Assembly (NCBI GenBank): GCA_008690995.1
Contig: VRMN01000003.1
Location: 930,001 to 994,000, forward strand
Reading direction: 5' to 3'
From: Porphyridium purpureum
Taxonomy: Eukaryota
DNA length: 64,000 nucleotides
The notes under the pieces were generated by a model, which saw only the letters and a program-made list of their open reading frames with translations, was not told the DNA's origin and searched no databases. Made by a program: the position numbers and the translations under genes. Shown here piece after piece: positions 31,527 to 41,864 of the stretch. Position 1 is the first letter of the stretch; every line of letters begins with the position of its first letter.

Positions 31527-32320
31527 TGTCTCCTCCGTGAGCTCGACCCTCACGCGCGACTCACGAGTGCCGCCCGCCACCACCCTGGCGACTGTGTGCT
31601 TTCAATTTCCTCCCAGGCGACACGACATGTCACACTCAGTTCGACACGTCCGTCCAACACTCCCTTGCTGTAGAAGATCGCCATCTGCCCTCCCCAATGA
31701 CACACACACACACACACACTCAAAACCGACAGACACAAAACTCACTCACCGACCGACAGAAAAGAGAAAAAGGAAAAGAAACAAACAACAAAACACATCC
31801 CCCGAGCACGCTTGGTAGTCCAAACCACGAATCTGCGACCTCGCCGTCATACCAACTGTTTCGATCGCGAGAACGAGCCAAATTTTGTTGGTGGTGGTAG
31901 TGCACCGATGGCATGAACAAAGAGAGAGGAAAAAAGAAATGAAGGGGGAAGAATGGGAAACGATTGGTGCAAGCGTCATAGTAGAACACACGCATGTACA
32001 TACAAGCCGCAGCGACTGCGCGTGCGGTGTCGCGCACCTTTTCGCCGCGTCGGATCGGTTCGTCTCGGCGCGTGCCCTGTCAGCAGCAGCACCCGTCGGG
32101 CGCGAAATTCGCCGAACGTAGGTGGGAGTACAGTGGGAAGGTACAGCTGCATTTCTGACCTTCTTCGTGTTGCCGGTTAACGGTCCGCGTCGATGTGGCT
32201 CACACACACGCCGCGGGAATAAACCGGCAAGCGGTGGGCGCTCCGCGAGAGTCTCGAGTAGGTGTGTTGGAGTTTTTGGTTTGAGCAGAAGGAGGCACGG
32301 AGGTGTGAGGGGGAGGGAGG

Positions 32321-33532
32321 ATGGCGTTTGCGCTTCATGGCGGGAATGCTGGTCTGCGTGGTGATCGTGTGCAAGGAAGATGCTCATCTGGTAGAGTGGT
32401 CCTGCCCGCGCGCGCGGACAGAGCTCCGCAGCGAGTGGTGCGTGCTGCGGACGGGGTGAGGGAGCGGAAACGGTCTGCTGCAAGGAGCGACCGGCGGCGC
32501 GATGCGAAGGATGGCCCGGGCGCTGCTGCGAACCCGCGCAGGCGTGTCCATGTGCAACGTGGGAAGCATGATCGGGATGGGCATGCGCGAGAAGTTGGCG
32601 GAATTGGCACTGCAGCCGAGTTGAACGAGCCGGTGCACGTGGCACCGCAGGACCAGCTCAGTTTTGAGCGACGAGGACACTTGTGTCTGCGCAACCTGTT
32701 GAGCAGACAGCTGGTGCTTGAGTGGCTGGCACCTGCTGTACGGCGAGAGCTCGCTGCGCGGGAGTACGAAGTCTTGCTTCAGAAAGTGGAAGTCATGTAC
32801 GAAGACGACGCTGCGGTCATGGCATCATTGACCTCCATGACCGAGGCGAACGTGCAGGTATTGCGCAACCTGCTGGCAGCACTGGACGGTGAGCTTCCTT
32901 TCCTTCAGCTCTTCCGTCTGTGGGAGAGGAACGGCGAAATAAACAAAATCGCACGCTCCACGCGATTCAAGAGTGCGGCAACCGCGCTGCTAGGCACCAA
33001 GCAGGTTGTGCTTTACCAGGATTCCTGCTTTTTGAAAAGAATGGGCGACAAAGCAACTCGGTGGCACTCCGATCTGAACATGTGCCCGTTGGACACGTCC
33101 AGTGCCGTGACATTTTGGATTCCCATGCATGACATTCCAGCCCCGGAACACGGAGGAACCGGTCTGGTTTATGCCGACGCGAGTCATCGTGATTTTAGCC
33201 TGCCATTCTGGTACGGCCGAGGCACGGCTGTGGATGGCCGATATCCAATTTCACATCATAATGCGCTCGCAGCGGGCGATGTGTCGGTGCACGCCGGCTG
33301 GACCCTACACGCAGCGCCGGGATGCATCGAGCCAGAAGGACGATTAGCATACACGTGTACATACGTTGCGGCCGACGCGCTGGTGATGGCCAAGGGGGTG
33401 CGGGAGCGCGTACACCGCGAAGACCATCGGTCGTGGGCAGCGTGGATCGATCGTGCACAACCGGGCAAGTCCTTGCTAGATCGTGCTAATCGGCACTTGA
33501 CACGGGCGGACGGGCCTTTACCACTCCTGTAA
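32321..33532 (+). CDS. Phytanoyl-CoA dioxygenase (PhyH) family Fe(II)/2-oxoglutarate enzyme, probable organellar presequence
   Basis: SFERRGHL, HxD motif TRWHSDL, VTFWIPM, GDVSVHAGWTLHAA and RLAY; MAFAL... N-terminus. Confidence 0.85.
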   Translation: MAFALHGGNAGLRGDRVQGRCSSGRVVLPARADRAPQRVVRAADGVRERKRSAARSDRRRDAKDGPGAAANPRRRVHVQRGKHDRDGHAREVGGIGTAAELNEPVHVAPQDQLSFERRGHLCLRNLLSRQLVLEWLAPAVRRELAAREYEVLLQKVEVMYEDDAAVMASLTSMTEANVQVLRNLLAALDGELPFLQLFRLWERNGEINKIARSTRFKSAATALLGTKQVVLYQDSCFLKRMGDKATRWHSDLNMCPLDTSSAVTFWIPMHDIPAPEHGGTGLVYADASHRDFSLPFWYGRGTAVDGRYPISHHNALAAGDVSVHAGWTLHAAPGCIEPEGRLAYTCTYVAADALVMAKGVRERVHREDHRSWAAWIDRAQPGKSLLDRANRHLTRADGPLPLL

Positions 33533-33557
33533 TTATCATACTACTCTGTGATTATAC

Positions 33558-34793
33558 TCAAACAATTTTTCTGTCCATGAGCTGCGACAGACTTCTTGAA
33601 TCGTCGCTCTGAAGCAAGTCGTCCCACGAATCAAAATGGCTTTCTACGCGTGACAGCCCCGCTGACGAGCTTCCCTGCGAAGCGCACGTGGAATCCACAT
33701 TTGAGCTTGCAAGCGCCATTTGCAGCGCACGCACAGCGGAGTCTTCGCCGGCCTCGGCGCGGCCGCTGCTTGAATCAGTGCTCCGCTCGTGTCGCTCCCC
33801 GCTTGGTTCTTCAAAGTCATGCTTGAAGACAAAGCCCTTGGTCGCGGCTCGCGCAGACTTTGTCCTGACCGTAGTGTTTTTGCGACTTAATCGATTACTC
33901 GCCACGCTGCGAGATCGCTCGACCGCACATTGGTCGATACAACACAGTATGAATGTGTTAATGCGCTTCAGAATCGCATCGCGCTCGATTTCCAGTAGGT
34001 TGTTGTGATCTGCATTCTTCACGAGCATCAAGTCTGAACTACGCGGCGGGAAGTGGCTCAGTGACGCGTCGTACAGTGTGTCTGCACACTGCCACGGAAT
34101 CACGTCGTCACACATGCCGTGAATAATCAAAATGGGACATGCCACTTTGCCGATGCGATCGATGTTGGCGAACATGTCGAATGAAGGTGTAACGGTCAGC
34201 GATGGTTTGATTACGCGCGTGACTGACGAGAGCGGACATAGCAAGACAAGCCCCATCGCTGGCTTCTGGGATGCGAGATATGTCGATGGTCCTGAGCCCA
34301 AGCTTCTGCCGAGGAGCAAAATCTTTTCCGGGTTGATCTGGAGCTTATCCACTAGGTGCATGTAAACGGTCATGATTGATGCATACACACCTTTTTCATC
34401 GGGACTCCCACTCGACAAGCCGTACCCCAAGTAATCGTATGCGACGACGTCCGCCTCAAATTCATTGCAGAAATCTGCCGCGAACTGGGACGCGACTGCA
34501 AGATCCTCGGAAGTGCCGTGCGAGTAAATGATTGTACACTGACTGCGCGGATGTTTGAGATGCACTGCTGCGACGCAAAACTCCTTGTTCCCCGGACTCA
34601 ATTCGTCCGTCGCTGACGCAGAAAAGCCTGCTGCGTGCTGTAGAGGCAGGAGCTCCACGCGCAAACCATGGAGCTTCTTGGACTCATAAAAACGCAGGGG
34701 CTCCTTCCATTCCAGCGTCCCGCTTTCTGCATTCATGCGGTATCCCGCCGGCTTTGGAGGCTGAAACACTATCGAACTGACCGCGCCGCCCAT
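33558..34793 (-). CDS. Alpha/beta hydrolase, ABHD17-like
   Basis: MGGAVSS (possible myristoylation), IIYSHG, YDYLGYGLSSG, nucleophile GRSLGSGP, IIHGMCDDVI and ADHNN. Confidence 0.9.
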   Translation of the reverse strand: MGGAVSSIVFQPPKPAGYRMNAESGTLEWKEPLRFYESKKLHGLRVELLPLQHAAGFSASATDELSPGNKEFCVAAVHLKHPRSQCTIIYSHGTSEDLAVASQFAADFCNEFEADVVAYDYLGYGLSSGSPDEKGVYASIMTVYMHLVDKLQINPEKILLLGRSLGSGPSTYLASQKPAMGLVLLCPLSSVTRVIKPSLTVTPSFDMFANIDRIGKVACPILIIHGMCDDVIPWQCADTLYDASLSHFPPRSSDLMLVKNADHNNLLEIERDAILKRINTFILCCIDQCAVERSRSVASNRLSRKNTTVRTKSARAATKGFVFKHDFEEPSGERHERSTDSSSGRAEAGEDSAVRALQMALASSNVDSTCASQGSSSAGLSRVESHFDSWDDLLQSDDSRSLSQLMDRKIV

Positions 34794-34940
34794 CTCACTG
34801 AAATGTCGGCCGCTCGTTCGCAGGCTCGGAAGAATCCTTTAACTTCGTGGCACCGTTGAGAATTAGAGCATCTTCACGAAACGGGTCGAAGAAGTGGACG
34901 AGTCGACGAACTACGAGATACAGGACTGCGAAGGGAAGGG

Positions 34941-35471
34941 ATGGAGGCCTCAGTCGCAGCGACCACAGCGTTGAGGGCCACGGCCAAGCTGGATAAGGAC
35001 AGTGAAGTGCGCCAGTTTGAAGCGGTGTGGAAGGCGCTGAGAGAACCGGGCGATGAAGCGGAGAGCGCTGGAGGGACCGCACGGCCGCGTTCGCGTGACT
35101 GGTTTGAGTATGAGCGGCTGAGCGCATTTGTGAGCTTGCACGGTGATGGACTGAAAGTGATGAGGCGCGAGACGGAAGAAAAGGAGAACACAAATTGTGA
35201 CGCTTCTGCCAAGACGACACCCGCATCGCTGCTTGCGCATGACAGCCTCGGGATGAACGCCGAATCCCCGCCCGGACGAATGACCGCGAGCGCTGGGAAA
35301 GGCACGCGCAAGCGCTCCCGGTCGCAAACCAAAGACACGACCACCGCTGTCGCGCCGTCACGGCCGTCGAAAACGATCGGCGTCGCGGGCTCGCCGCAGA
35401 AGAAGAGTGGGAGCGAGCAGCGTGTCGAGCTCGACCAACGAGGCTGCACCAGCGATGCCAACTGCGTGTGA
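34941..35471 (+). CDS. Hypothetical protein
   Basis: ATG-initiated 176-aa ORF filling the gap divergent from ABHD17; no recognised motif. Confidence 0.45.
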   Translation: MEASVAATTALRATAKLDKDSEVRQFEAVWKALREPGDEAESAGGTARPRSRDWFEYERLSAFVSLHGDGLKVMRRETEEKENTNCDASAKTTPASLLAHDSLGMNAESPPGRMTASAGKGTRKRSRSQTKDTTTAVAPSRPSKTIGVAGSPQKKSGSEQRVELDQRGCTSDANCV

Positions 35472-35478
35472 GCAGCAC

Positions 35479-35682
35479 ATGGCTGGCTCTCGTGATCACG
35501 TTCGGCTTGCATTGGTTCTGTTAGCCGCAGTCATGGCCATGGTTGCAGGCACGGCTGTCATGGCGAGGCGCGCGCGTGAGAACAACAAGCGCGCCACGGT
35601 TTGGCGCGAAGCAACGGCTCAGCTTGAGATTGAACTGTACCTCTTTGGAAACCGGTTCAGTGCGTTTCCGGCGCGGCCTTGA
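35479..35682 (+). CDS. Possible small single-pass membrane protein, or frameshifted 3' part of the upstream ORF
   Basis: MAGSRDHVRLALVLLAAVMAMVAGTAVMARRARE... has a clear hydrophobic helix followed by basic residues; begins 7 nt after the upstream stop. Confidence 0.3.
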   Translation: MAGSRDHVRLALVLLAAVMAMVAGTAVMARRARENNKRATVWREATAQLEIELYLFGNRFSAFPARP

Positions 35683-35823
35683 ATTCTTCCTGCATTAACA
35701 CGCACGCGGCCGGCGTCCAGGGCGACCAACGAACATGTTGCGCGACGCGGCGTCGGAAAGGCAAGGCGATGAGGGTGGGTGCGTGAGATCGAGGGACGCA
35801 GGAGCTCGGGGCATTGTGCGGGA

Positions 35824-37446
35824 ATGGCGTTTGTGTTTGGAGGATGTTCGTCTGTGCCTGTGGCGCGCACAGCAAGCAGCAGCGCCTGTAGCGTCCTCGG
35901 CAGCGAGCGGCCGGCCAACTCGCCCGCGCGCGCAGTGGCGCGGCGCCGCCGCGGCTCGCATGGCGTGCGTATGCATTGTGACGCGGACGCGTACGTCAAG
36001 CCCGTGGTCGTGATTCTGATGGGGTCCGCTGCAGACCTCAAGCACTGTGAGAAGATCGCAAAGGCAGCCACCGCGCTTGGCATGGACGCAGAAATGCGCA
36101 TTGCGTCGGCGCACAAAATTCCGAACCGTCTGCTTAGCGTGATTGCACAGTACCAGGCGGACCCGCGGCCAAAAGTGTACGTCTCTGTGGCAGGGCGCTC
36201 AAATGCTCTGTCGGGAATGCTTGACTGCGCCGTGAGCGCGCCCGTGATCGCGTGCCCGCCCTATTCGGACGCGTTCGGCGGCTCGGATCTGTTCTCCTCC
36301 ATTCGCATGCCGGGTGGTGTGACTCCCATGCTCGTGCTCGATCCTGCCGGTGCTGCACTCGCGGCTGCCAAAATTGTGGGCGTTTACGATTCGCACGTCC
36401 GCGAGAAGGCAGAGACACTGCAGAAGGCAAACCGCGACCGCCTATTTGTCGATGACGCACAGCTGACGTCAAAGGCATTTATTGAGTCGAAAACTGCTGA
36501 GGAGCTCAAATGCATCACAGACACCAGCGGAGTGCTCGACGTCAGCAAAGTGGCCGAGACGCGAAAGGGGAAGGTGCGGGACCAGTATGAGCTCAGCACC
36601 GACGAGGACTTGCTTGTGCTGGTCACCACGGACCGCCAGTCGGCGTTTGACCGCCTCCTCGCTGAGATTCCCTTCAAAGGCGCAGTGCTGAACAGCGTGT
36701 CCAATTGGTGGTTCCAAGAAACGGAGCACATTATTCCGAACCACGTTTTGTCCGTGCCGCACCCGAACGTGACCGTCGCGCGAAAGTGCAAGCCTTTCCC
36801 CATTGAATTCGTGGTGCGCGGGTATATCACAGGATCTACTTCCACGTCGCTTTGGAAGAACTATTCCAGTGGTGTTCGTGAGTACTGCGGAATTACTTTT
36901 CCGGAAGGGTTGATTAAGAATCAGAAACTCGAGAGCAACGTTCTAACCCCAACAACCAAGGGCGAGGTGGATCGTCCCATCTCTCCTGCAGATATCATCT
37001 CAGAAGGGTGGATGACACAGGAGGATTACGACGTGTGCGCAAAGGCGGCTCTGGAGGTATTTGAATTTGGTCAGAAGAAAGCCGCCGAGAACGGGCTCAT
37101 TCTCGTAGACACCAAGTTCGAATTTGGTAGGTCGGCAGATGGGGTGATCCGCCTGATTGATGAAGTACTCACTCCAGACTCATCCAGGTACTGGCTGGCA
37201 ACGAGCTATGCCGAGAGGATGGCAGACGGCAAGGAACCGGAGAATATCGACAAGGAGTTTCTGCGCCTTTGGTTCGCAGACAACTGCGACCCGTACAATG
37301 ACAAAACGTTGCCGGAAGCGCCGCAAGACCTCGTGCTTGAGCTGAGCCGAAGGTACATCATGCTTTATGAATTGATTACGGGTCAGCCGTTTGACATCGG
37401 GGAGGGCTCGAGCGTAGAGTCAATCCGCGAAGCTCTGAAGCTTTAA
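35824..37446 (+). CDS. purE-purC: Bifunctional AIR carboxylase (PurE) - SAICAR synthetase (PurC) fusion, plastid-type presequence
   Basis: PurE: ILMGSAADL, IASAHK, VAGRSNALSG, PVIACPP, SSIRMPGG. PurC: KGKVRDQY, TTDRQSAFD, PIEFVVRGY, LTPTTK, LILVDTKFEFG, LIDEVLTPDSSRYW, DKEFLR. Confidence 0.95.
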   Translation: MAFVFGGCSSVPVARTASSSACSVLGSERPANSPARAVARRRRGSHGVRMHCDADAYVKPVVVILMGSAADLKHCEKIAKAATALGMDAEMRIASAHKIPNRLLSVIAQYQADPRPKVYVSVAGRSNALSGMLDCAVSAPVIACPPYSDAFGGSDLFSSIRMPGGVTPMLVLDPAGAALAAAKIVGVYDSHVREKAETLQKANRDRLFVDDAQLTSKAFIESKTAEELKCITDTSGVLDVSKVAETRKGKVRDQYELSTDEDLLVLVTTDRQSAFDRLLAEIPFKGAVLNSVSNWWFQETEHIIPNHVLSVPHPNVTVARKCKPFPIEFVVRGYITGSTSTSLWKNYSSGVREYCGITFPEGLIKNQKLESNVLTPTTKGEVDRPISPADIISEGWMTQEDYDVCAKAALEVFEFGQKKAAENGLILVDTKFEFGRSADGVIRLIDEVLTPDSSRYWLATSYAERMADGKEPENIDKEFLRLWFADNCDPYNDKTLPEAPQDLVLELSRRYIMLYELITGQPFDIGEGSSVESIREALKL

Positions 37447-37662
37447 TCCATTCCTTCCACTCCTCTTCCTCTTGGGAAGTTGTCTCTGGCCGTTTCGTGT
37501 CCCACCAGAGTGAGGTCTCTTGAACAAAGTTAAACGGTTTACCTCCATGAAATTTCGCCAAATCAGACATGACACGCCAGACACTCACTGATGGCGCGAA
37601 GAGAAAACAGACTCGCTTCTTTACGACTGCTGCCCGAAACACCGTGAAAAGCCTACTTCTTG

Positions 37663-38652
37663 TCATAGCGAGACCGGGCTTGCGCTCTCATCGTACAACC
37701 AATCCAACTTGTAGTCGAAGCCCTGATCACTCAGCTTCCTCTCCTTCGCGCGTGCATTCCGTGACCTGGACACCTTTCGCTTCGTTTTTATACGCTCCGA
37801 TTCATCTTCTCGGGTTAGTCGCTCGCGCTCCGCAAGTCGATGAGGGATCGGCGTGAGGCGTTTTTTCCCACTGTGTACAAAAAGTCCTTTGTGGACCTTC
37901 TCCTCTGGAACCACGTGGACTTGGAGTGTGCGACCCAGCATGAGATAGCCGTCCATCGTTTCCGTGACAATGTCCGCAACAGCACTGCTCTTGAATTGGA
38001 TGAATGCATAGCCCTTGGGGCCTCCTGTGCGCTTGCTGCGCGCCAAGTGGACATGCAGCACGGTCCCAAACTGTTCAAAAAACGAGCGAATTTCATCCTC
38101 CTCGAAACCGAGCGGGACGTGGCCGATGTATACCACCCCGCTCTTCCGCATCTCTTCCTTGGTTCCCCCGTCATTGGATGCGGCAGCCTTGTTGGTATTT
38201 GGCCGGCCCGTTTTCGCCGTCTCACCATCAATTGGTTCCAGTGTAACGGGATCAAGCTCAACAACGTCATCCTCTTTATCTCCCGCCGAGTCATCGTCCT
38301 CCGCGCTCTCACTGTCATCTGCAGCATCGTTTGCCTCCCCAGCTCGCCTCTTCTTGGACGACGAGCGTTTCCTTTTCCTCTTCTTCTTCACGTTGCCTTC
38401 CTTGTCAATGACCTTGGCCACGCCAGGCACCGGATCCTTCGCCGCCACGTCCTCCTCTACATTCTTGACCTTCACCGCGCGCCGCTTTTCCGGGGTCACG
38501 ACGTTCCTGTTCTTGAGAAACACGACCTCGTCATCTGGGGTGGCTGTGCGCGCTTCCTTTGCGGCGCTCGGCGGCTTCGCCGAGCCTCCAGCCCGTCTCG
38601 CCAGCCTCTTCAGCAGCGCTGCCCGCACTCGACTTCCAGCTTCGGCCACCAT
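37663..38652 (-). CDS. NIFK: Nucleolar RRM protein NIFK/Nop15
   Basis: GVVYIGHVPLGFEEDEIRSFFEQFG...LARSKRTGGPKGYAFIQF...ETMDGYLM...VVPEEKVH. ATG at 38652; the ORF-track extension overlaps NOP58 and is spurious. Confidence 0.88.
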   Translation of the reverse strand: MVAEAGSRVRAALLKRLARRAGGSAKPPSAAKEARTATPDDEVVFLKNRNVVTPEKRRAVKVKNVEEDVAAKDPVPGVAKVIDKEGNVKKKRKRKRSSSKKRRAGEANDAADDSESAEDDDSAGDKEDDVVELDPVTLEPIDGETAKTGRPNTNKAAASNDGGTKEEMRKSGVVYIGHVPLGFEEDEIRSFFEQFGTVLHVHLARSKRTGGPKGYAFIQFKSSAVADIVTETMDGYLMLGRTLQVHVVPEEKVHKGLFVHSGKKRLTPIPHRLAERERLTREDESERIKTKRKVSRSRNARAKERKLSDQGFDYKLDWLYDESASPVSL

Positions 38653-39072
38653 CTCGTCATGCAACCTGTCCTGGATCCCATGCACGCGCTTCCCCCACCG
38701 AGCACAGACGCCTCGCTTCCTCTCACGCGTCGGCCGCGGAAAAAAAACCAACCAGCCGACCAACCGCTGACTGTACACTACCGCACTCATGGTGAGGTAC
38801 AGTGACATGCCCACGGCGAGAGCGATGTGATAGTGTACAGTGATGGTGGGCGCGTGAAGTACAGTGCACCGATGAGACTGCGGCGTGCGTTCGGTCGCGC
38901 GGGGTTTGGTGCTGATGCGGTCGTAGGACGAGGACGCACGGACGCGGAGAGCAAGGGGTTGGATCGTGTGGAGTGTGGTGGCGTGCGACTCGCCGCGCGG
39001 TGGCAAGAAGGCGCTAGGCATTGGGGAGAGCTTCCGCCCGGGCGGACCGCAGCGTGCGAGAACTCGAAAAGA
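38653..39072. promoter_or_regulatory. Bidirectional promoter of NIFK and NOP58 with clustered GTACAGTG motifs
   Basis: GTACAGTG at 38797, 38835 and 38859; inverted pair ACTGTACACTA (38770-38780) / TAGTGTACAGT (38831-38841); GATGAG at 38871. Confidence 0.6.
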
Positions 39073-40626
39073 ATGTTTGTGCTCTTTGAAACGGCCGGCG
39101 GCCACGCGCTGTTCAAGGTGACGGACGAGAAGAAACTGTTCAAGGTGGTCGCCGAAGATGACGCAGTGAAGGGAAAGAGGCAAGGGATCGAGTCCTTGCT
39201 TGCGTTGTCCGCGTTCGGAAAGTTTGAGGATACCGTGGATGCGCTGAGCGCGTCGACCGCAATCGTGGAGGGCCAGCTGTCGAAGCAGCTCAAGAAACTG
39301 GTCAAGAAAAATGTGCCTGCTTCAGAGAAGCTGCTGGTCTCGGATCCAAAACTTGGCGGTGCGCTGAAGGAGTCGCTGAGCGTTGCGTGCGTTTTTGACA
39401 GCAGCGTCATGGAAATCATGCGCGAGATTCGCGCAAACATTGACACACTACTCGAGGACGGCGACGCGTTCTCGCCGCAGGAGCAAAAAATCATGGCGCT
39501 TGGTCTCGCACATTCCCTGTCAAGATACAAGCTCAAGTTTTCGCCGGATAAGGTCGATACGATGATCGTGCAGGCCATTGGGCTGCTGGATGATCTGGAC
39601 AAGGAGATCAACACGTACGCAATGAGGCTTCGCGAGTGGTATGGCTGGCACTTCCCAGAGCTTTCCAAGATCCAAATGGACAACCTGGCATACGCCAAGG
39701 TGGTTTTGAAGATGAAAATCAGGACTGCCGCCCAGGGTATGGATTTCAGCGATTGCGTGGCGCCGGAGGTTGAAGAGGAAATCAAGCAGGCGGCCGAGAT
39801 TTCAATGGGAACCGAAATCAGTGACGAGGACATATTGAACATCACGGCACTTGCTGCGCAGGTTGCCACTCTCGTCGAGTACCGGGCAACGCTGTTTGAG
39901 TACTTGCAGAATCGGATGAATGCTATCGCGCCCAACCTCTCCATGATGGTCGGTGAGCTTGTCGGAGCGCGCCTGATCGCTCATGCGGGATCGCTCATGA
40001 GCCTGGCGAAGTACCCTGCGAGTACAATTCAGATCCTCGGGGCTGAAAAGGCCCTCTTTCGTGCGCTGAAGACCAAGCACGCCACCCCAAAGTATGGGCT
40101 CATTTATCACGCCTCCTTGGTGGGCCAAGCGCCTCAGAAGCTCAAAGGAAAGATCTCTCGCGTGCTTGCCGCGAAGTGTGCCCTTTCTGTTCGAGCAGAT
40201 GCCTTGTGTGATGATACAGAGGATCCGCTGGTGGGTCGTGAAGGGCGCGAGAAGGTTGAAAACCGACTGAGACAGCTAGAGCAAAGACAGAATGGCTTCA
40301 TGATCAGCAAGCAAAACAAGCGAACCCAAGTTTCGAACCAAAAGGTGACTGGGAAGCGCGCGTCGTCCGGCCCTGCGTACAATGCGGACGCTGATCTTGT
40401 TCGCGCAGCGGCTCCCAGGAATACTGCTGTGGAGGACATTATCAGTGGTGACGAAGAACCACAGCGTAAGAAGGCAAAGAAGGAGAAGAAGGAAAAGAAG
40501 GATAAGGAAAAGAAACCCAAGGAACTCGAGGAGGAGGCGCCACTGTCGACGAAGGGCAAGAGGAGGGATGACGATGAAACGAAGGAGTCCGAAAAGAAGA
40601 AGAAAAAGAAGAAGGAGAAGGAATAG
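39073..40626 (+). CDS. NOP58: Box C/D snoRNP protein Nop58
   Basis: MFVLFETAGGHALF, LGLAHSLSRYKLKFSPDKVDTMIVQAIGLLDDLDKE, PASTIQILGAEKALFRALKTKHATPKYG and a KKE-rich tail. Confidence 0.96.
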   Translation: MFVLFETAGGHALFKVTDEKKLFKVVAEDDAVKGKRQGIESLLALSAFGKFEDTVDALSASTAIVEGQLSKQLKKLVKKNVPASEKLLVSDPKLGGALKESLSVACVFDSSVMEIMREIRANIDTLLEDGDAFSPQEQKIMALGLAHSLSRYKLKFSPDKVDTMIVQAIGLLDDLDKEINTYAMRLREWYGWHFPELSKIQMDNLAYAKVVLKMKIRTAAQGMDFSDCVAPEVEEEIKQAAEISMGTEISDEDILNITALAAQVATLVEYRATLFEYLQNRMNAIAPNLSMMVGELVGARLIAHAGSLMSLAKYPASTIQILGAEKALFRALKTKHATPKYGLIYHASLVGQAPQKLKGKISRVLAAKCALSVRADALCDDTEDPLVGREGREKVENRLRQLEQRQNGFMISKQNKRTQVSNQKVTGKRASSGPAYNADADLVRAAAPRNTAVEDIISGDEEPQRKKAKKEKKEKKDKEKKPKELEEEAPLSTKGKRRDDDETKESEKKKKKKKEKE

Positions 40627-40696
40627 AAGAATAGGGCGTTTATGGTCTAATTTACCTTGGCGAAATAAATCATCATGTGAAGGCTCTGATTTCGGC

Positions 40697-41572
40697 TTAT
40701 GTTCGAGGTACGGATCGCACTTTTTCTTGGTCCGGCTGAATGGAAGAGTCCCTGCTTGTGTGAGCGCCTGACATTGGATTGCTTTGCTGATTCCACCAGC
40801 TCAACAGGCCCTGTTCGTCGGCAAGGCTTGGCATGCTTTCAATAAGCTCTCCAACGACAATTTCGTCTCCGAGGACGTCGAAAGTGATTCCCTGTATTCG
40901 CGGTTTGCGTGCGCGGCTCGCATCACGCGCTTCGTCCAGCTGCCGCGCGACTTCGCGTTCTTCTGCACTCAGCCAGGGATCCACGCTTCGCTGATAAAAG
41001 TCTGAACGGTTATCCTTGGCTGTCTGGATTTCGCCCGAGTTCAAATTCAGTATCCTGTCCTTCTGTGCCGTCGCCATTCGCAGCTGGTCGATTGCTCGAT
41101 CATCATAAAGTATGGGGTCAAACAGGCCTCGTTCACAAAAATGGCAGACACGTTTCGCATCCAGGGCCTGCACAAGCCCGCAGAAAAGGCAATTGATCAA
41201 AGTTTGCAGAGCTCGGTCGGTTTGGACTTCGGCCCCCTCAGCCTTTCTTTCCCCGCGGACCGGCGCAGGACCAGGCGTCCCGACCGTCTGTTCACTAGAC
41301 TGATATCCTCTCTTCCCGTGCTTGCCAATCGAGGTTGACGATCCTGCAGCCGCCAACCTGGATGGATTGGATTCTCCTGTAGCGGTGCGCGATGCAAACT
41401 CGTGAATGAAGTTCAGCGTGTCCTGCGACTCGCCCAGCAGAGATAGCCAGTACTCGGCTCTCGCACCCTGTGTGGGCAGAGCGAGCACGTACTCGACGAC
41501 GTCACCGAGTCCTGCGAAACCGAGTCGTTTCAATTGAGTGTTGCACCAAGAGCGCAAGAGCGCATCGTCCAT
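40697..41572 (-). CDS. TRIP4/ASC-1/Rqt4-like zinc-finger protein (reduced)
   Basis: N-terminal WC..QL...LG...DVVEYVL...LSLLG, NCLFCG...CHFCE, then ATAQKDRIL...DNRSDFY...PWLSAEERE as in TRIP4/Rqt4. Confidence 0.75.
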   Translation of the reverse strand: MDDALLRSWCNTQLKRLGFAGLGDVVEYVLALPTQGARAEYWLSLLGESQDTLNFIHEFASRTATGESNPSRLAAAGSSTSIGKHGKRGYQSSEQTVGTPGPAPVRGERKAEGAEVQTDRALQTLINCLFCGLVQALDAKRVCHFCERGLFDPILYDDRAIDQLRMATAQKDRILNLNSGEIQTAKDNRSDFYQRSVDPWLSAEEREVARQLDEARDASRARKPRIQGITFDVLGDEIVVGELIESMPSLADEQGLLSWWNQQSNPMSGAHTSRDSSIQPDQEKVRSVPRT

Positions 41573-41864
41573 CGCTCCAGCTTTTCCGAGCCAGCTCTTA
41601 CCCAAAGGCCACAGAGCGGTGTTGATCCTACTCCAGAGCGTTTCTGCGAACCTTTCGCCCACCGCAAACTCCAGAAAACCTCAAGCAGCCTGACAGCTTA
41701 ATGGAGAGGCACCGAAGTTGTTGCTGACCTTGCGGGCACCAGATTTTCGTGCGCCTGGAATGATTGCGCTGTGTGAAAAAGGACGACGTTCAAAGTGACC
41801 TACCGTTGAGAACGATTTGTTTAGAAATTTAACAACTTCGCTCCACGTTAACCTACCGGTGCGC

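Noticed and set aside
38827..39183. Apparent overlap of the NIFK and NOP58 ORFs
   Set aside because: Artefact of alternative start codons in the ORF track; homology-based ATGs are 38652 and 39073.
25988..41572. Ribosome quality-control cluster (RNF10 and TRIP4/Rqt4)
   Set aside because: The genes are 12 kb apart with unrelated genes between; chance co-location is sufficient.
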